Assembly: GCF_018977255.1 (NCBI RefSeq)
Contig: NW_024704742.1
Location: 127,164,001-127,228,000, forward strand
From: Callorhinchus milii
Taxonomy: Eukaryota
Direction of reading: 5' to 3'
DNA: 64,000 nucleotides
How positions within the stretch are numbered: the first letter of the stretch is position 1; each line of letters begins with the position of its first letter. Of the stretch, positions 52,301 through 64,000 are shown in pieces. Below the pieces are notes generated by a model. The model was not told the DNA's origin. It saw nothing but the letters and a program-made list of their open reading frames with translations, and did not search any database. Made by a program: the position numbers and the translations under genes.

Positions 52301-52488
52301 TTGGATGTCCCTTGCTGCTGCTGTGGCCATTTATTCGTGAAGTGCAGAGTTCAAAAAACAAGAAACTTGGACAGGAATCGGTAGAGGAGGACCAGATGAT
52401 GGAGATGCGGCTGCGAGAAAATCCCCACAAGTTTTCTGTTGCTTTACTGCAACTGGGAATGAGATACTTGTTTGTCTACGGTGTGCAG
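52301..52488 (+). CDS. PIGO: PIGO exon
   Basis: VGCPLLLLWPF...MMEMRLRENPHKFSVALLQLGMRYLFVYGVQ; 188 nt. Confidence 0.95.
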
Positions 52489-52596
52489 GTACCTTGAATT
52501 CCCATCTGTTAGAAATTAAATCACTTACATTTTTAAATCCATGAGATACATTAATTGTGTTGTGTCAGGAGTGAATACTGAATTTCCCCAAGGGTC

Positions 52597-52806
52597 ATTA
52601 ATAATCCCTCCAAAACAAAAAACAATAATAAATTGGTCATTTTCAATCTACGACTGTTTGTGGGACATTGCTGTGCGCAATTGGCTGCCGCGTTTGCCCA
52701 CAAATACACAGTCAATTCACTTTACAGTATATTCTGTGAAGCGCTTTGGGACGTCTAGAAGACTTGAAAAGCGCTATATCAAATGCAAAGCATTATTATT
52801 ACTATT
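52597..52806 (+). mobile_element. SINE 3' portion
   Basis: Core, stem-loop (TAGAA loop) and (TTA)n. Confidence 0.88.
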
Positions 52807-53905
52807 AAGTGCTGAAATGTCGCATGCCCTCAATCACCTTGCCCTTTTTCTCGTCTTCTCTGCTGAAGGCCATGACACTTTGTGATTGCCAGTTCTGAGG
52901 CCAACACTGCCCTTCAATGCCTTTCCCACCTAATGTGGGAAATTTCTTAATGTGTTAGCCCAGAAAATGAGTGTTGACAGAATATTTGACTATGGAAGGT
53001 ATGGCAGATGATCTTGCCCCCACCCAACACATGCTTAGTGCCTACTTGCATGGGGTCACTTGATAGCAATCGGGAGTAGAATTCTGTTTTTTTCCTTTCC
53101 AACACCTTCCTTTGTCCAAGGAAGTCCTGAGGCCTGTTATAGTACCTGTTATAGACCTCAGCACAGATTGACATTCAAACCTACAACCTGTTGATCTGGA
53201 TGTCAATACCACACTGGGAATTGCCTTTGCCCATAGACTACCAGTGAGCTAGAATGTCAGGTGTTCAGTTTCTTTTTGCGTGCTGGAAGCTAGTTCATCT
53301 TATGGACATGTAAATTCACCAAAAGAAGGGAAAGGGATTGGGGAAGGGATTTGGAACAGGATATGTGCATGCGACTGCCAGGATAATGGACAGTGAACTG
53401 GATGGAACTTGAGTTTTTCCTCTCGCGATTCTTATATTCCTATGAATGAGGAATGGATTGTAGCAGTGAGGTTTGTAACCTTGATGAACAAACGGTCGTA
53501 GCCTCAAAGTAAGGGCAGCAAATGAGAATAGTTAAATACTTAAAGTTAATGGTTAAATAATAAATACATTTTTATTACCACTCCAAATGTTTTGTAAACA
53601 AATTTGAGAAATTGGCACAAGATATTAAATTTGTATTGGGAATATTTTCCTACTGTGGAACCTTGAACACAGTATTAAATGTGTATTGGAAATCGTAGCT
53701 AACTTTTAAATGTTTCACAAGTATTAAATGTGGATTTCAATATTTCCTAACTGGAAAGAGATTTTAGCAATAAAGATGACTTAAAATGTTTTCCTCTATA
53801 AACAGAATAATTTACAATTGAGTTTTTAAAATGTTTTCTAACTCAGCTTTTCACTGGTCTGAGATTGAAGAAAAATGGATAAGGCTACTTTTCCTTTTTC
53901 CACAG

Positions 53906-53976
53906 CTTCTTGCATCTGTGTGTGCTGCTGCTATGCTGAGGAGGCACTTAATGGTGTGGAAAATCTTTGCACCAAA
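53906..53976 (+). CDS. PIGO: PIGO exon
   Basis: LLASVCAAAMLRRHLMVWKIFAPK; 71 nt. Confidence 0.97.
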
Positions 53977-54337
53977 GTACGTAATCCATCATTAACCGTA
54001 TCTAATAGCAATAAATAATAAAGTAAAATATTTATTTTAATGTAAATAGTTTCTGTTGAAATAAATGGAGATACTCAGGTGGGGGGTTAGGAAAGTGGTA
54101 AAGAGACAGGTTACCATGCACTATGAAACTCAAGGATACTTTATTGAAGTTAGAAAATATCTTTAGAACTGTATCATTTTGAGAAGTTGAATATAACATA
54201 CTCTCCCTAGCCTTTCCTTTTCCTTTAACTAGTGTGTAATATCATCTGTCCCTCTTGTGTAGTTGTGCACAAAATAATTTTTTTCCTGATTTGTTTACAA
54301 GTCTGTGATATAACTTTTTTCTCCCCTTTCTTCCCAG

Positions 54338-54467
54338 GTTTCTTTTTGATGCTTTGAGCTTTGTTGTGATGAGTGTGTTTCTTCTTATCACATTTTCCTT
54401 CATGATGCGTGTGGATGTTGTCGTCAGCAACTGGTTTAAGGAGCTCATTTTAAAGCAGTCAAGGTAG
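54338..54467 (+). CDS. PIGO: PIGO last coding exon (TAG stop)
   Basis: FLFDALSFVVMSVFLLITFSFMMRVDVVVSNWFKELILKQSR*. Confidence 0.96.
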
Positions 54468-55264
54468 TGTTAACATTGCTATCAAACAGCAACGTAGCAA
54501 AGACTGCTGGAGATGGTTACAGTGTGAGAATTGCCAACTGAAGTAAATACTGTAAAATACAGACCATACCCTGTGGAATTCTACCTCCGCTGGACATCAG
54601 GAGTTGCTGTAAAGGAAGCACAGTTCACTATATTGCCTTGTATGCCCAGTGAAACAATACTAAGTTCCATTAAACACACTCGTGAAGAAGAGGTTTAAAC
54701 CACTGTGAAGGAATATTCCAACTTTTTGACCGTTTCCCGTTTACAAAAATTACACAAGTTTTTTGTACTTATGAAGTGAAAGTGAGTATTTGGGGAGCTT
54801 GCTTTTAACTTCTGAATTACCATAAATGGTTTCAGCGCATCGCATGTTGGGCTTTCCACTGTGTTGGTCTGCTGCTTTTATATATCAAAATCCTTTATAT
54901 GAATATTCAAGAGGAGAAATTTAAAACAATTTTATCGCTTTAATTTGTATATTTTGTATTTCCTGTAAATTAATTTAAAACTGTTTCCATTACATGGAAT
55001 GCAAAGAGTTTAAAGTCTGTAGTTTTTTCTCGAGTACCACCTTCCTATTACAACATATCAAACTGATTTAATTAGAAATTCATGCCATTTTTTACGCAGA
55101 AATTTTAATATGCAAGTACACTGACAGCTTTTAGCGTGACTGTTACAAATGACTGGGACTGTAGATGATAAATATATATTGGAGGAATTCTATCTGGCAA
55201 TCAAAACTGTTATAACAGGAAGGCACAGCTAAACCAAGTGTACATACCTGCGTGCAGAAGGATA

Positions 55265-55649
55265 AATAAAGAATCTGCAATGAAGTTACTATAGCTTGGA
55301 TTTCATTTCCTATCCTCTTGAAAGGTAGTCTTGCTTGATTCTTTGATTAGCAAACGGTTTATGAACACAATGATAAGCCAATAATTGATTAGAAAGGATT
55401 AATTGGGGATAGTTGCATTGATTTAAGGATTTAGTGTTGGTGTATCAAACAGTATAAAATGTTTTCCCTGTAACCCAATGAGTACCTGAACAATGTGTAG
55501 ATAATGATATGTAAAGCTGTTTTATTAGTTCAGTGATGTACAAATACTTTTATCTATTTCTTTGCAAATTTCAACTTCAATCTCTTGCTTTAGAATTCTG
55601 TTATATGAGATTGCTTATTTTTATAATTTTTTTAAAATCCAAAAATAAA
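55265..55649 (+). terminator. Candidate PIGO poly(A) signals (AATAAA at 55265 and 55644)
   Basis: Hexamers in an AT-rich 3'UTR-like region. Confidence 0.4.
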
Positions 55650-55949
55650 TGTTCACTACAGATGCCTGTGTTTATTCCTGGAGGAAAAAAGGTTTAAAAT
55701 CGGTCATGTTCATTTGAGGTTATGTAATTCCTCTTTTGTTATTTGGAAGTACGTGAGAACGGGGTTTGTGAGGAATGGCTCTCTCCCATTTTTTTTCTTG
55801 TGTTGGTTTTGTGGGGGGAGGGTGGCGATGAGGAGAGAAAGGGTGAAGCCAAGCAAAACAGACACTTCTAAATCTGAACTAATCTATCTTGCTTTTTCAT
55901 TAAGGGACTAATCCTTACATTTGATGTAGCTCATTTCACACGGATCTTT

Positions 55950-56360
55950 AACGTCGTTTTCACGTGGGTAGAATCTCAAACGCGGTGTGGTTTGACGCTG
56001 AGCTGATAGGAGAGAGGAAGTGACTGAAGGCACGGGCGAAGAGGAAAGTCTTCAGGTGTGATTTGAAGATGGGCGAAGAGGGGGCAGGCAAGGCGGTGGG
56101 TTTGAGAAAGGGAGTTCCAGAGAAGTGGGGCAGAGTGGCTGAAAGCACGACCGCTACGGTGGAGCGGAAGGGACGAGGGATGTGCAGAGGACCCCCAGGC
56201 AGCTGAACGAAGGTGGTGAGTAGTGCAGTGGGGGTGGGAGCAGATCAGGGAGGTATGGAGGTGCCAGGGTGTGAAGTGATTTGAGAGTGAGAGGAGGGAT
56301 CTTGAAATCGCTCCGTGCGTGATTACGGCAGCCAATTGGTGCTCACAAAGCGTGCGGTTA
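55950..56360 (-). mobile_element. Old L2 3' fragment
   Basis: GRAFSHSAPLLWNSL and FKSHLKTFLFARAF on the minus strand. Confidence 0.8.
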
Positions 56361-56578
56361 GGAACGTAAGTAAAAAGTGGCACTCGTCAGGTGAGAGGTA
56401 CTGCTTCCACCACTCGCAGGGAGGAATACATTGACATGAGCCAATGTGAGTGACTGGCAGCCCCACGGGGTCAGGGTTTGGCCACACACAGTTGGCAGAA
56501 ATTAAAATCCGTTTGTAGCCCAAAGTCAACCAAGTACATGTCCAAAAGCAGCCTGGTATTATACGTTGTGGCTAATTT

Positions 56579-56900
56579 GGAGTCCTGTAGCTCAGTGGTT
56601 AGAGCATTCGCTTTGCAAGTGAGAGACCTGAGTTCAATTCCAGGCAGAGGGCGAAACCTTGGGCAAGTTTCCTTACTCCACACAGAGCCTAATAATAATC
56701 CCTCCAAAACCAAAAACAATAAGAAATTGGTCATTTTCAATCTATGACTGTTTGTGGGACATTGCTGTGCGCAATTGGCTGCCGCGTTCGCCCACAAATA
56801 TACAGTCAATTCACTTTACAGTGTGTTCTGTGAAGCGCTTTGGGACGTCCTCCCGACGTGAAAAGCGCTATATCAAAGGCGAGGATTATTATTATTATTA
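56579..56900 (+). mobile_element. Full-length SINE
   Basis: Near-identical to the 28852 copy; possible TAATTT target-site duplication. Confidence 0.93.
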
Positions 56901-56979
56901 ATTTAGATTAGTGCTTTGGAAACTGTGTCAGACGAAGTCTTCAAAGGGGAAGAAAGACGTTTAAATTCAAAATTCAAAA

Positions 56980-57420
56980 AATTGGGCGCCCGCCCGAAAG
57001 CCGTTTCGCACGCGCAGTACAACAACAACAACAACAAAAACCCGCCCAATTGGGCGCGAACCCGCCCAACCCGGCGACATCGGCCGGAGCTCCGCGGCGT
57101 GGCGCTTCCCGCGCATAATCCCGGCCGTGGGCCTTTTGATAGACGGGGCTGTGAACCAATGAGGGAGCGGCCCGGGAGCGTGTGGCAGTGGTGGGCCAAT
57201 CCCTGCACAGGGGCGGGACTTCCCGGTCGGGTCTCGCGGTGCATCGGTCTGTCACGGTAGCGCCACGGGCTCAGAGGGGAGGCGCGTGACGGGCGCCGGC
57301 CATGGCGGGGCCCTGCGGCGGGAGCTGCCTGGGGTCGTGGGCTGATGAAAACAACCAGTTAGTGTCGCGAGTAAAGGTAACCGAGTCTCTTGCACTTGTC
57401 CTCACAGCCGACGGCCACAG
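56980..57420 (+). promoter_or_regulatory. CpG-island promoter of FANCG with CCAAT and GC boxes
   Basis: High CpG density; CCAAT at 57046, 57156, 57196; ATTGG at 56981; GGGCGG at 57211; directly upstream of ATG 57302. Confidence 0.85.
57302..57376 (+). CDS. FANCG: FANCG exon 1 (MAGPCGGSCLGSWADENNQLVSRVK)
   Basis: Good Kozak context gccATGG; SCL..W...N..LV matches the FANCG N-terminus; AAG|gtaacc donor; synteny after PIGO. Confidence 0.85.
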
Positions 57421-57676
57421 AGGGAAAGAACCAGTCGCGGTCTCTGACTGTGGCTGTGGTGCAGTTTGTTGTTCAAATCCACTGGGGAGTTCAGAGCTGC
57501 ATTTGTTGTGAATGAATGTGAATTGTGAGTTCTTAATTTCGCTGTAATTTTCCTGTTCACTTATCCCGAAGGGTAACGCTGTTCATCCCTTCTCCCTGTA
57601 TCTGGGTTATGGGAAGCAACAAACAATGAATAACAATAATAATATGCGAGTGTAGCTGATTGAGTTCCTCACAGAT

Positions 57677-58005
57677 ATAATAATAATAATAATAATAATC
57701 CTTGCAGTTGATTTAGCGCTTTTCACGTCGGGAGGACGTCCCAAAGCGCTTCACAGAACACACTGTAAAGTGAATTGACTGTATATTTGTGGGCGAACGC
57801 GGCAGCCAATTGCGCACAGCAATGTTCCACAAACAGTCGTGGATTGAAAATGACCAATTTATTATTGTTTTTGGTTTTGGAGGGATTATTATTAGGCTCT
57901 GTGTGGAGTAAGGAAACTTGCCCAAGGTTTCGCCCTCTGCCTGGAATTGAACTCAGGTCTCTCGCTTGCAAAGCGAGTGCTCTAACCACTGAGCTATCGG
58001 ACTCC
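57677..58005 (-). mobile_element. Full-length SINE
   Basis: Reverse complement of the 56579 copy. Confidence 0.93.
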
Positions 58006-59638
58006 CAAACAACTGCATTGGAGTGTCAGCTTAGACGACGTGATTCCAAGTGCCCACGTGGGGTTTGAACCCACAACCTTCTGACTCGGAGACAAGAGTG
58101 CCCGGCTGACGCAAAGTTATTGAACCTGTTTTTTTTTCTTACAGCGCACACAATGGCTTTTCAGCTTAATGATTTTAAAATATTATCACGGCCTGCCACT
58201 GAGTCTTTTATCTATTTGGTTACCCTCCCCTCACTGACTGGGGAGCAAACGTTGTTGCTAAAAGAGGCTCGAGGTGTCGAGGACTTTCTCACATGAATTA
58301 TGCTAAAGTGCCAATGAGGTGACCGCACAATATTGCTGGATTGCGCTTCAGTGTTCTGGCAGATTTAGAAGAACATTTTTTGTCTTTCCTGTGCCTTGTT
58401 TTTCTGGTTACTGCTGATGTGTAGTGCCTATCACAATGTGTAACAATGTTATTTCCTGCAAGAAAATAAAAACCATAGACCTCATGGTTTCTTGTATTGT
58501 AACCAATTCAGAAAGTCCTGATTGTAGTGCTCAGAGAGCATTGACACCGACCGAGTGGTTAAAAATTGAAGGGAATCTGAAGCTGCTCAACTTTTTACAC
58601 CTACTGGCAGTTGGTTCAATACAGGATCAGTCATTTCTATTTACACTGCGTTTTGTAAAGAGATGGTGACAAACAAACGTGTCAAATTCACAATTAATCA
58701 CCATCTTCAGCAGAGTTTCATTAAGCAGGACCTGGTCGCTCTGGGGCTTTGGAATTTTCTGTCAGTCCGTCACATTTTAAATCAGCCTTTTGAATTATTA
58801 TAAAGTTACACATCATTGCAATTTTATGTAATCTCGCTCGATTGTGTAATGTTGTTTTTCACTGCCTTGATCAAACGATTAGAGAAAAATTGTAGTTATT
58901 TGGTGACTCACCTAATTGTTTCAAGATTGTTGCAGGTGAAAATATTTTTTTCCATAGCTTTTACACCATGATTACGTTCAGATACTTTTACCGTTTCATT
59001 TTTGCTATCGTATTGCAACAGCTAAGTTGTTTGAGAATAATTAGTAGCTTCATTGTAAAGTGCTCAGTGTAGAGCTAACTTGTGGCTGTACTCCATAACC
59101 TAGCACAAAATTGTATATCAGAGGTCAAGAATTTTCTACGTAGGAAATTACAGATTAGAGTCAGGATTGCCAGAAATTAAAATATGTTTGTAGCCCAAAG
59201 TCAACCAAATATTAGCTCAAAAGTAGTCCAATATTATGTGTTGCCTACTATGGATGAACAGATTTAGGTTAGTGCTTTTAAACTGAGTAAGAAAAGGTCT
59301 TCAAAGGAATAAAAATGTTTGCAGGTTTAATGTAAAAGTTAGGCTCCTGCCCATAGCCATGTGGAGTTAGGCTTTGGGTTGCTTTAAAAAGCCTGCAGTG
59401 AAGGTACTTTTGCATTTTGTGAATAATGTCATAATAATGCATATAATAATAATCCTTGCATTGGATATGGTACCTTATCACGTCATCTCAAAGTGCTTCA
59501 CAGGATTGCACTGTGAAGTGTGGTGACTGTGTAGTTGTTGGCGAGCATGGCCGTCAGTTTATGCACGGCGATGTCCCACGAACGGCCATGAAATGAGTGA
59601 TCACCTTTATTGAGAAAAATTGTCGGAGAAACTCATAT

Positions 59639-60062
59639 AATAATATTCTTTACATTTGGTATAGCGCCTTTCACGTCAGAGGCCATCTCAAACCGCTTAC
59701 AAGGTATACAGTAAAGTGGAGTGACTGTTTTCTGGCCTAAAGCAGCAGCCAGTTTGTGCACAGCAGTCTCTCACGCACCCTTATGAAGCGAATGAACAAT
59801 TTTTTGTATGGGGGAATTTGTTCGCCAGGACGCAGAGAGAAACTTCCTTCTCTTTGTGAATAATGCTGCGGGATCTTTCACATTCACCTGAACAGAAAGA
59901 CAGGGCCGTGATTTAGCACTTCACCCAAAGGACAGCACCTCCAACAATACAGCTCACCCAGAGCATTGCATTGGAATGACAGCTTAGACTGTGTGAGTTT
60001 CAAGTTCTGACCCACAACCTTCTGACTCGGAGCCAAGAGTGCTACCACCTGAGCCAGGCTAA
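59639..60062 (-). mobile_element. Older tRNA-derived Deu-domain SINE (SacSINE1-like); related copy at about 4297-4590 and 7818-8110
   Basis: Head tcagcctggctcag...gagtcagaaggttgtggg, central domain, Deu-type 3' core and stem-loop tail; family name from recall. Confidence 0.65.
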
Positions 60063-60168
60063 TACACAACTCATGGTCTTAAGCTCGAAGGATTTGTCTT
60101 GACGTTCCTGTAGCTATTCCGTCAATTATTGTACATATTTTGTGGAACTCTCGACTTTTGTTTTCTAG

Positions 60169-60253
60169 GATGCTTCTACCATCAGTGCAGATCGGAGGGA
60201 AATCCTGCATCAGAGCTACATCTCTTTCAGCAAACTCCTGCAGAAAATCCAAG
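60169..60253 (+). CDS. FANCG: FANCG exon 2 (DASTISADRREILHQSYISFSKLLQKIQ)
   Basis: ttctag|GAT...CAAG|gtattg; phase 0 to 1; LL..(I/L)QG as in FANCG. Confidence 0.82.
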
Positions 60254-61073
60254 GTATTGGTCAGTCAATTGACAGTGACTGACAATTTGTTTTGTGGAAG
60301 CTTTAAATGCATGAGTTTAGATTGAAAGGTGACTGTAGGATACTCCTGCATTTCCTACCCACTTATTTTGAAGCCATGTTGCCTCCTTGCAGTTTTTTTA
60401 AAAATTCACCTGTGCAACGGAAATTGTATTAAATATTTTTGTACCTCTCTGGTTTCTGATAGTCTCTGTGCGCTGGTATTATGCAACACCTGCACTCTAT
60501 ATGGGTGACCCACTCTCTAGCTTCTCTCTCAGCACCTCTCTGGACTGATTGCTGGGAAATTTGGAACTGAGCTGGGGCCAAATCTCTTTAAGATATGCCT
60601 AGGCGGTGTTTAAAATCCTTACCCCATAGCAATCCAATAGAGAATGCAAAAGTAACTCTGAGGGCTGGGGAACAGCAGTTACATTTTAAGAACAAAATGA
60701 AAATGCTGCTTGTGTTAGTGCCATATGATAAACTCCACTGTGTGTGTGAGATTGTAATTGCTGGGATGAATCTGAGCCTTTCCATTTCTGTGTCACAACA
60801 CTGTCCTTTTTGTAGAAAAATCATTGTACATCTACCCTCCCTGCCTCCTGATCCCAACCCCCACATAGGGTCCAAATCCCTGACTATACAGCACCTTAGG
60901 ACATCCTCCCAACAGAAAAGACACTATACAAATGTCATTTGTTGTTGTTGTCATGATTATACAATACGAGTGACCTGTACAAGGTGCTGCAGTGTTGATG
61001 TACAATTTTGATGTAATAATTTGATTGCCTGATTGCCCACTATTAATAACTACCCCTCATTCTCTGTTTGCAG

Positions 61074-61205
61074 GGTTATCACCAGTCACGCTCAGCATAC
61101 CCTTGGAGCTGACTGTTCTGTACAATACAATTGTTCTAAACATTGTCTTGTCTGACCGCATTGATCAAAATGATAATAATTTGATTTATCAGGGACTTCT
61201 TCGAG
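61074..61205 (+). CDS. FANCG: FANCG exon 3 (GLSPVTLSIPLELTVLYNTIVL...IYQGLLR)
   Basis: PLELTV..N motif of FANCG; 132 nt; phase 1 to 1. Confidence 0.9.
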
Positions 61206-62650
61206 GTACGTTGTAAGTAGATTGCCTAGTTTGTAGCACTTCCTCTGGGTTAGAGTACTGTGAAGTACTGCAAAGTACTGCAAAGCATAACTCAAGGCTG
61301 ACACTGCAGTGTAGTAATGCAATGCTGAAGGTTCCATATTTCAGGCAAGACTTTACACCAGTCACTAATTGACATGCGGACTATTAAAAACAGCAGGGAG
61401 TTTTCCTTTTTTTTCTTCCCGGACAATATTCCTTTTCCAAAATCACAAAATATTATTATTAAAATATTATATCTCATTAAAAGTGCAGTGTCAGCACTTT
61501 GAGACATCCTCCCGACGTGAACATAAGCAATGCTAGACGAAAAAAGAGCAAGATTTATCTAATTTGCCTTCCACCTTCCAGGCAGTCGCGTGCACATATG
61601 TCCCAAACTACCTATGTACTATATCCCATAATATTATTTCCTAAAAGAAAACTATCTAATCTGTGTTTAAAAGAATCAACACTTCCTGCTTCAACCGTCT
61701 CCCAAGGTTCACAATTCACTCGCTGAAATACTGTTTGTGTAGATTCGTTCTGAATTTACCCCACTTCAATCACAGGCCGTGTCCTCTGATTCTACTATTC
61801 TGGACAAGTTGAAACAGACTGTCATGATCTATATTTCAGCGCTTTGGGATGTCCTCCCGATGTGAACGGCGCTCTATAAATGTAATTTTGTTGTTGTTAT
61901 ATTGTCTTGCCCCTCTCAATCTTCTCTTTTCCAGCGTGACCATGCTCAATTTACTTAGTCGCTCCTCATAGTCCAGTCCTTCCATTCCCTCAATCATTTT
62001 AGTTGCCCTCCTCTATCTTCTCAATTTCTCCAATATCCTTTTCGTACTGCGGCGACCAGAACTGTACACAGTATGGTCTCACCAATGTTATACAATGACA
62101 GGATTACCCCACTATTTCAGCTTGCTATTGATCTTTTGATACATCCCAACATCTGGTTTGCTGTACTCACTGCCACGGAGCATTGTTGGGAGAACTTCAA
62201 TTTATTGTTAATCAGGACCCCCAGGTTCTTTTCATTTTCCATACTTATTATTTTCCCTCCGTTGGCAAAAGCCAAGGTTTGGGGACCCCAGTGCATGTTC
62301 CGCTAATGCTGGAGTCTAATCAGCTGAATGCAATTGGCTACCACGTTTTGCCCACAAAACACAGTCACTACACTAGAGACATCTCTACGACATGATAACG
62401 TGCTATATCAAATGCAAATATTATTAAAACAGTATAGTTTGACATCAAAAGTATTACCTGGCAAGCTTCCCACTGCTTGTCCAGCTCGGAACACCCTACC
62501 AGTTAAGGCTTTGGCTTACAGCGTTAACAGGAGCTGAGTGGGAAGAACTCCTGGCCCCAATAACCAGTCAAACGTGGTGACCATGACATGTTATCACAAC
62601 AGTTTAACGTTGGTTCACTTTTTCTGCTCCTTTGCATTTGTTCAAAACAG

Positions 62651-62850
62651 GACTGGAAGCTCACAGCAGACATTGTGATAAATTGGATGTCGTGAAATTA
62701 TGGAGTGTGACATTTCAGATCACCCATAACCGAGATTTCACTCACTCAGCTGAGCAGCTGGCCAGCTTGCAGTGTGTGCTGTGGCTGGCCAACCATCAGC
62801 TGGAAAAGATCGAGGCTGTATTTCACCTGCTGAGAGACCGAGAATGTGCA
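62651..62850 (+). CDS. FANCG: FANCG exon 4 (GLEAHSRH...KLWSVTF...QLASLQCVLWLANHQLEKI...ECA)
   Basis: L..LQ..LWL motif; aacag| and |gtaagc boundaries; gene continues beyond the window. Confidence 0.87.
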
Positions 62851-63534
62851 GTAAGCCAGTTATGTCACTTCCCGCTGTTTGCTTATTCAGCAGAACTCAC
62901 TGTGTCCTGTTGTAGTGCCTCACTATCACGAGAATTTATTATTTCCCCAAGATGATGATTTAAATTACTGATATTCTTTCCTGTCACTGATTTTGGTGTC
63001 TGTGTATATATAATCATAACAATTATCTAAAATGCAGACTATTCAACAGAAACTGTAATTTGTAATAGACTTTAGGATTTAAATTCTCGTCTTGAGATTT
63101 TTGTCCGTGACACATTGTGCAGAGTGTTGAGAAATTCTTAATTTGCAAGCTGCCCTAATTGGAAACTGGATTTCCTCAGTGACTTTTCTCCCCACTGACA
63201 CGTGCTTCTCTGTACCTGGTCTGGCTTCTCGTTGCTGAGATGGAGCCCTATAGTGGCTGTTTCCCCATCCAAGCGACCATTGTTCAAGTATGAGCTTTGA
63301 CAACAACAACAAAAATAGCATTTAAATAGTGTCTTTCACGTGGGGATGACGTCCCAAGGCGCTCACAGTGAATGTTGGTAGAGACTTGACTCTTCGGGAT
63401 GTTTACAGCATTGTCCACCTGATTGCCACACAACCAGTACAGGGTGTTGAAGAGGGACTGGCTGTTTTTTCCCATTCCGAACCCTGGCAAAGCCAGACCC
63501 AATTTGCCCTGTTTGTGCAGCCCTGGCTGAGACC

Positions 63535-64000
63535 ACCAACAACAACAAAAAAAAAACATTTGGATAGCGCCTTTCACATTGGGAGGACGTTCCAAGGCAC
63601 TGGACACTCAGAGTTTCGGACCCGAGCTGGGAGTCGGAATCAGGAGGGTGGAGGGCAGTGGGGAATGGAGGGTGATCGAAAGCACGGTCGAAGAAGAGGG
63701 CCTTGAGATGGGTCTTGAAGGAGGCAAGGAGGGAGGGGACGAGGCAGAGGCACTGCGGGATGGAGTTCCAGAGAGTGGGGGCAGAGTGGCTGAAGGCCCG
63801 CCCGCCAATAGTGGGGTGAGCGAGGTGGGACGTGAAGCAGGCCAGAGCCCGCAGAGTGGAGGAAGCGAGCAGGATGGTAAGGGGTTATAAGGTCACAGAG
63901 GGAGGGGGGAGCAAGACCATGGAGGGCTTTGAAGGGGAGGACCAGGATCTTGAACTGTATCCTCTGTGTGATGGGAAGCCAGTGGCATCGGGCGAGGATG
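63535..64000 (-). mobile_element. L2 LINE 3' part, running off the window end
   Basis: Tail, stem-loop and coding end homologous to the other L2 copies. Confidence 0.9.

Noticed and set aside
56903..57260. ORFs on both strands in the CpG island
   Set aside because: Expected from GC-rich, stop-poor sequence; no homology recognised

Overview
Eukaryotic (vertebrate) genomic DNA, AT-rich and repeat-rich. The repeat content (CR1 and L2 LINEs plus a tRNA-headed, Deu-type SINE) suggests a cartilaginous fish, possibly a chimaera; this is inference. Four spliced genes lie in tandem on the + strand in the same order as human 9p13.3: ATOSB/FAM214B (3' exons), STOML2 (exons 2-10), PIGO (last 8 coding exons) and FANCG (CpG-island promoter and exons 1-4). 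Most ORF-track entries are LINE/SINE debris. There are two 25-N gaps (7671-7695, 35041-35065). A probable false haplotype duplication flanks the first gap. The ATOSB last exon, STOML2 exon 1 and the 5' PIGO exons were not found. I found no clearly new gene system. The most interesting structure is a near-full-length single-ORF L2 LINE in a PIGO intron. It has a promoter-like leader with a perfect splice donor, a near-identical inverted partner across a PIGO exon, and a SINE partner that shares a covarying 3' stem-loop.
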